Positions 59,991 to 64,000 of a stretch of 64,000 nucleotides of DNA are shown here, piece after piece; position 1 is the stretch's first letter, and every line of letters starts with the position of its first letter. The notes below the pieces were generated by a model that saw only the letters and a list, made by a program, of their open reading frames with translations, was not told where the DNA came from and did no database searches. A program made the position numbers and the translations under genes. Where the stretch lies: positions 43,084 to 107,083 of the forward strand of contig CAZDTP010000005.1 in NCBI GenBank assembly GCA_964508365.1. The letters run 5' to 3'. Source of the stretch: an uncultured archaeon. GTDB lineage: Archaea; Asgardarchaeota; Lokiarchaeia; Sigyniarchaeales; SOKP01.

Positions 59991-60584
59991 TTGACCGAAT
60001 TCAATAGACTTACAAGGGACTTTTTTTCAAGAGATACTGTCAAAGTCGGGAAAGATATTTTAGGTAAGTATTTAATACACAGAACAGAGAAAGGAGATAT
60101 TATTGGAAAAATTATAGAAGTTGAAACATATTTAGGTCAAAACGATAAAGCTTGTCACGCTTATAATAACAAAAAAACAGAAAAAACTAAAGTAATGTTT
60201 ATGAAACCAGGTACTCTTTATGTTTATTACATCTATGGTATGTATTTCTGTCTTAATGTTATTACTGAACCAGAAGGGATACCATGTGCTATTTTCATAA
60301 GAAAATTGTTCCCAATTGGGGGAATAGAATTAATGAAAGAAAACAGAACGGTAAAAATCGGAAGGAATTATAAGAATTTGGCTGATGGACCAAGCAAGTT
60401 GTGTATGGCATTGAATATAACTAAAGAAAAAAATAATGGAAAAGATTCTTGCAAAGAAAATTCAAAACTCTATTTTACACAAGGGGAGATGATTAAAGAT
60501 AAAAAAATATCATTTAGTAAGAGGATTGGGATAAAATATGCTGAAGAAGACAAGGATCGCCTTTTGCGTTTTACTTTAGAATAA
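59991..60584 (+). CDS. DNA-3-methyladenine glycosylase (MPG/AAG family)
   Basis: IIEVETY, DKACH, PGTLYVYYIYGMYFCLNV, GPSKLC and RIGI. Confidence 0.93.
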   Translation: MTEFNRLTRDFFSRDTVKVGKDILGKYLIHRTEKGDIIGKIIEVETYLGQNDKACHAYNNKKTEKTKVMFMKPGTLYVYYIYGMYFCLNVITEPEGIPCAIFIRKLFPIGGIELMKENRTVKIGRNYKNLADGPSKLCMALNITKEKNNGKDSCKENSKLYFTQGEMIKDKKISFSKRIGIKYAEEDKDRLLRFTLE

Positions 60585-60604
60585 GCGTTATAAAAGACCT
60601 AAAT

Positions 60605-60898
60605 CTCGATTCCAATTCAAATACTATGACCAGATAATATGCTCCTCCCCGACCTTACCATAAAGCGTGAACACCTAAACTTACGATTGCTCCATCCCTG
60701 GCCTGATCGGTTTTGTTATTACGAGCTTATGCCTTTCCTACGAAAGGCACTACTCTGGCACCCACCATTATGGGGATCGCTTCGACGGAACATAAAATTG
60801 GATAATATTCCTCATGAAACCTGAATCTAGGCAATTTGCGCTAAAGACCATTTTACGCTTCATCCAATATAGGATTGCAGAACGGGCCTAATGTTCCA
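60605..60898 (-). ncRNA. ffs: Archaeal SRP (7S) RNA
   Basis: Minus strand has helix 8 GAU-CAGG-CCA-GGGA-UGG-AGCA-AUC (60685-60708) and helix 6 GUGCCUUUC-GUAG-GAAAGGCAU with a GNAR loop (60730-60751). Long helix 5 pairings (UAUGUUCC/GGAGCAUA, GUGGGUGCC/GGUGUUCAC) are present, with a TATA-like element about 25 nt upstream. Ends are approximate. Confidence 0.92.
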
Positions 60899-60968
60899 AG
60901 AAATACAATGAATGCATTAATAAAAACTTGATGAACTATTGAGAATAAGAGAGATCAAGCTTAAGGGA

Positions 60969-61112
60969 TTAATCTAAAGTTAATTCTTTATTGATTTTAC
61001 GTCGTAATATTGCTAAAAATTCTTCCGTATCTGGAAAGACATAAGTTATGTTGTCTCCATCGTCCTCAATCGTAACTTCTTTGAAAAATTTACCTTCTAC
61101 TTTCATTCTCAT
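60969..61112 (-). CDS. 47-aa small protein (not in ORF track)
   Basis: MRMKVEGKFFKEVTIEDDGDNITYVFPDTEEFLAILRRKINKELTLD*; protein-like composition, upstream of and co-oriented with the SRP RNA. Confidence 0.5.
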   Translation of the reverse strand: MRMKVEGKFFKEVTIEDDGDNITYVFPDTEEFLAILRRKINKELTLD

Positions 61113-61272
61113 ATCGTTTAATATCATACTAAAAGAATATTAATCGAATTTCAAAAAACCACATAACATGGAAGTAATATTAAGTTAAACTTTATGTAAA
61201 ACCAAAAATAAGCTAGAATATAGTTCAATTATCATAAAATAATGAATTATTAGTAAATTTTAAGGGATTACT

Positions 61273-62376
61273 ATGTCTGAAAATATTATATATCTCGACA
61301 CAGAAACACTTGAAAGTTTCATGAGAGATGTTTTTATTGGGCTTGGGGTGTCTAAAGACGACGCTCACATTATTGCTGAAGTATTAATTGCTTCTGATAT
61401 TAGAGGAATCGATACCCATGGGATACAACGCTGTAAAATGTATTTTGATAGAATAAAGGCGGGTATCTATGATGTAGATACAAAAATCGATATCATTAAG
61501 GATGGTCCAACAACTGCTCTTTGGGATGGAAATTGTGGGATGGGACATGTTATTGCTTATAAGGCCATGAAAACAGCAATTGAAAAAGCGAAACAATATG
61601 GACTTGGCTCTGTAGCAGTGAGAAATTCAACTCATTTTGGTATTGCGGGCTATTATTCGCTCATGGCAATAAAGGAAGGGATGATTGGTTTTGCAGTAAC
61701 TAACGCGCGACCCTCTATGCCCCCTACATTTGGAGTTGAACCAATGCTTGGTACAAATCCTTTAACTGCGGGTGCCCCTACGGACGAAAATTTCCCATTT
61801 TTAATCGATTGTGCAACTACTATTGTTCAAAGGGGTAAAGTAGAGTTATATAATAGAATAAATAAACCTTTGCCTGATGGGGTTGTAATAACGGATGAGG
61901 GAAAGACAGAAACTGACCCTGCTACAATATTGGAAAATATGGGTAAGGGTAAAGCTGCTTTACTACCTTTAGGTGGTAAGGGAGAAGGAACATCAGGTTA
62001 TAAGGGTTATGGATACGCCACTTTAGTTGAATTACTATCTGCTGCATTGCAAGATGGAATATATCTTAAAGATACTATAGGAATTGTTGAAAATGGTCAA
62101 AAACGCTTAAAAGTAGGACACTTTTTTTTAGCCATTAATATTGAAAGTTTTCTGCCTCTAGAGAACTTTAAAAAAACCGCAGGAAACATTATGAGAGGGC
62201 TTCGAAATTCAAAGAAGGAACCAGGTGAAAACCGAATTTATACAGCAGGAGAAAAGGAATATGATGCAGAGATAGACCGAAAAAAAAAGGGAATACCTCT
62301 AAATCGAAGTTTACAAGCAGATATTAAAACTATGAAAGACGAACTGGATTTAGATAACTATGAATTTCCTTTTTAA
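61273..62376 (+). CDS. Ldh_2 family (malate/L-sulfolactate/ureidoglycolate-type) dehydrogenase
   Basis: DIRGIDTHG, VRNSTHFG, GTNP and SGYKGYG. Confidence 0.9.
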   Translation: MSENIIYLDTETLESFMRDVFIGLGVSKDDAHIIAEVLIASDIRGIDTHGIQRCKMYFDRIKAGIYDVDTKIDIIKDGPTTALWDGNCGMGHVIAYKAMKTAIEKAKQYGLGSVAVRNSTHFGIAGYYSLMAIKEGMIGFAVTNARPSMPPTFGVEPMLGTNPLTAGAPTDENFPFLIDCATTIVQRGKVELYNRINKPLPDGVVITDEGKTETDPATILENMGKGKAALLPLGGKGEGTSGYKGYGYATLVELLSAALQDGIYLKDTIGIVENGQKRLKVGHFFLAINIESFLPLENFKKTAGNIMRGLRNSKKEPGENRIYTAGEKEYDAEIDRKKKGIPLNRSLQADIKTMKDELDLDNYEFPF

Positions 62377-62378
62377 AT

Positions 62379-63821
62379 TTAAAATATAATTCCCTCAGTT
62401 CGTCCTTCTAAGGGTTCAGAATGAAGAATTACTTCGGTTAAATTTTCAATTTGCAGAGTATTTTTTATTTGCTGCTCTACTTTTGTTATCAAAGTATGAA
62501 CTCGAGATATATTAAGAGCCCCGTTAAAAAAAACATGGAGTTCGAGAACACAAAAATCAAGGGCAGCCCAAAATTCCAAACCATGATATCCTTTAACCTC
62601 TGGAATTGATCTCAAAAGACGATCTAAGGAAGCTTGAATTTCTTTCTTCTTTTCAGGTTCAATAGGTATGTAAACCAGATGATCTGTTAGAGATTCTTTC
62701 TGCTTGGTTTGGGATTCTATATGGGTAATAATTCGCGAGATAAATGGGATTTGCTTTTGTAACTGTTTTTCAAACAGACTGCTTAATTCGTGAGCCTCTT
62801 CTAAAGATAAACTATCATCGACAACTATAGCTAATGACAAGAAGTAATTGTTTTCAATTCTAAACACGTTCAAATCTTTAAAATCTGATATCTCTTTAAA
62901 TTCACTTTTCATAGTATAAAGCAAGTTGACAATCTTTTCTCCGAGCGAAGATTCTCCACTTAAGGGATTCATTTCAACTAATGTCTCTACATTATAGGAC
63001 GGAAAAAATTTTTTGCTCAAAGCTCGAATCGCTTTAGTAATATCATTCGCATGTACTATAGATATATGATCCTCCACAGCTAGTCGAATTTCTAAAAATA
63101 AGGTGTTACCACTAAATCTAACTTTTAAATCCTCAACGCCATTAACATGATCAAGATTGAATACACTTAGCTTTATTTCCTCTATAATAACTGAGCTTAC
63201 TGGGTTTACATCGATTAAATCTTTAATTCCTTCTTTAGTAAGATTGATTGAACTCATAATTATCAATATAGAAAGAACGATACTAAAATAGGGATCTAAA
63301 AATTGAACGCTAAAAAGTATTGTTAAAACAAAATTAAGTATAACTATGAGTGCTCGAAGAGAGTCTTGGAACAAATTTAACCCTTGAATTTTAAGGGATA
63401 AACTATTCTGTCTCTTTCCTTGCCATATTAATATTCTAGAAAATACTAAATTAATGATAAATGATATTATTAGTATAAGGAATCCCCAGTCGGGATTTAT
63501 TATTCCAAATGAACTAGTTAAAATGGTTTGAATTGCAACAAAAATAAGAATACAATATATATTGATTAAAACAACACCTTGAACCAATCCTCCTAGCGAA
63601 TCAATTTTGGAATGCCCGTACATATGTTCGAAATCTGGGGGTTTCTGACTATTGTAAATAGAATATATCGTGAGAGAAACAAAAAAAATGTCAGTTATTG
63701 TATCCACGGTCTCAGATAAAAAGCTTAAACTACCCGTTATTAGTACTCCTATTGTTTTTAAGCTGGATTGGATAAGAATTATAAAAAATGCTATAATTCC
63801 ATATTTTATTTTAATATCCAT
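62379..63821 (-). CDS. Cation diffusion facilitator with three tandem cytoplasmic ZT_dimer domains
   Basis: TGSLSFLSETVDT and PPDFEHMYGHSK; three repeats ending ETLVEMNP, ITHIES and ILHSEP. Confidence 0.88.
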   Translation of the reverse strand: MDIKIKYGIIAFFIILIQSSLKTIGVLITGSLSFLSETVDTITDIFFVSLTIYSIYNSQKPPDFEHMYGHSKIDSLGGLVQGVVLINIYCILIFVAIQTILTSSFGIINPDWGFLILIISFIINLVFSRILIWQGKRQNSLSLKIQGLNLFQDSLRALIVILNFVLTILFSVQFLDPYFSIVLSILIIMSSINLTKEGIKDLIDVNPVSSVIIEEIKLSVFNLDHVNGVEDLKVRFSGNTLFLEIRLAVEDHISIVHANDITKAIRALSKKFFPSYNVETLVEMNPLSGESSLGEKIVNLLYTMKSEFKEISDFKDLNVFRIENNYFLSLAIVVDDSLSLEEAHELSSLFEKQLQKQIPFISRIITHIESQTKQKESLTDHLVYIPIEPEKKKEIQASLDRLLRSIPEVKGYHGLEFWAALDFCVLELHVFFNGALNISRVHTLITKVEQQIKNTLQIENLTEVILHSEPLEGRTEGIIF

Positions 63822-64000
63822 AATCTTCGTAGAATTTCAATATTTACTAACAAAAAACTTAAAGCAATTATAAGAATTAAATATTTGGCAATAAAATAGT
63901 AATAAAAATAAAGAATTTAACAATTTTAAAGGTTTCTCGGAATGATAATTTCGAGATCTGTAATTGGATAAGATGCACATGGATGAAAGTAGTTAAATTT

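Noticed and set aside
60639-60824. 61-aa ORF on the + strand
   Set aside because: It is antisense to the SRP RNA; the open frame is a by-product of the RNA's higher GC content.
372-63873. Many short ORF-track entries overlapping long genes (e.g. 1482-1670, 6860-7141, 15603-15908, 21685-22086, 33153-33446, 48762-49274, 63670-63873)
   Set aside because: Shadow ORFs on the opposite strand or an alternative frame of well-supported genes, with no motifs.
1-64000. CRISPR arrays, tRNAs, rRNAs
   Set aside because: No regularly spaced repeats, T-loop/anticodon cloverleaf patterns or rRNA signatures were seen by eye.

Overview
AT-rich archaeal chromosomal region, most likely from a Lokiarchaeia/Asgard genome. 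This is inferred from a longin-domain protein, a C4C4 RING, a Bud23-like methylase, an archaeal ThrRS editing domain, an AbrB-PhoU regulator, an archaeal SRP RNA and oligo-T terminators. It holds acyl-CoA/beta-oxidation genes with 4-hydroxybutyryl-CoA dehydratase (1-10.7 kb) and a striking concentration of glutamine/glutamate genes (pyrG, carAB, glnA, FMN glutamate synthase, guaA, two tandem gdhA; 7.5-40.7 kb). It also holds several eukaryote-like proteins, transporters and an SRP RNA missed by the ORF track. No transposase, integrase, tRNA, rRNA or CRISPR array was seen. The best candidate for an undescribed system is a nitrogen-assimilation regulatory module. Two paralogous small Zn-ribbon genes sit directly upstream of glnA and of glutamate synthase, and both units carry a GGGAA..TCCC inverted repeat exactly 37 nt before their first start codon. 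A small winged-helix gene heads the glutamate synthase unit. Other highlights are a duplicated carB 3' end flanking a single-gene insertion, a NOT4-type RING, a Whirly-like protein, a Bud23-like methyltransferase and a small ORF with an in-frame TGA in a CxxU context. All protein family calls come from motif recognition by eye, not from database searches.
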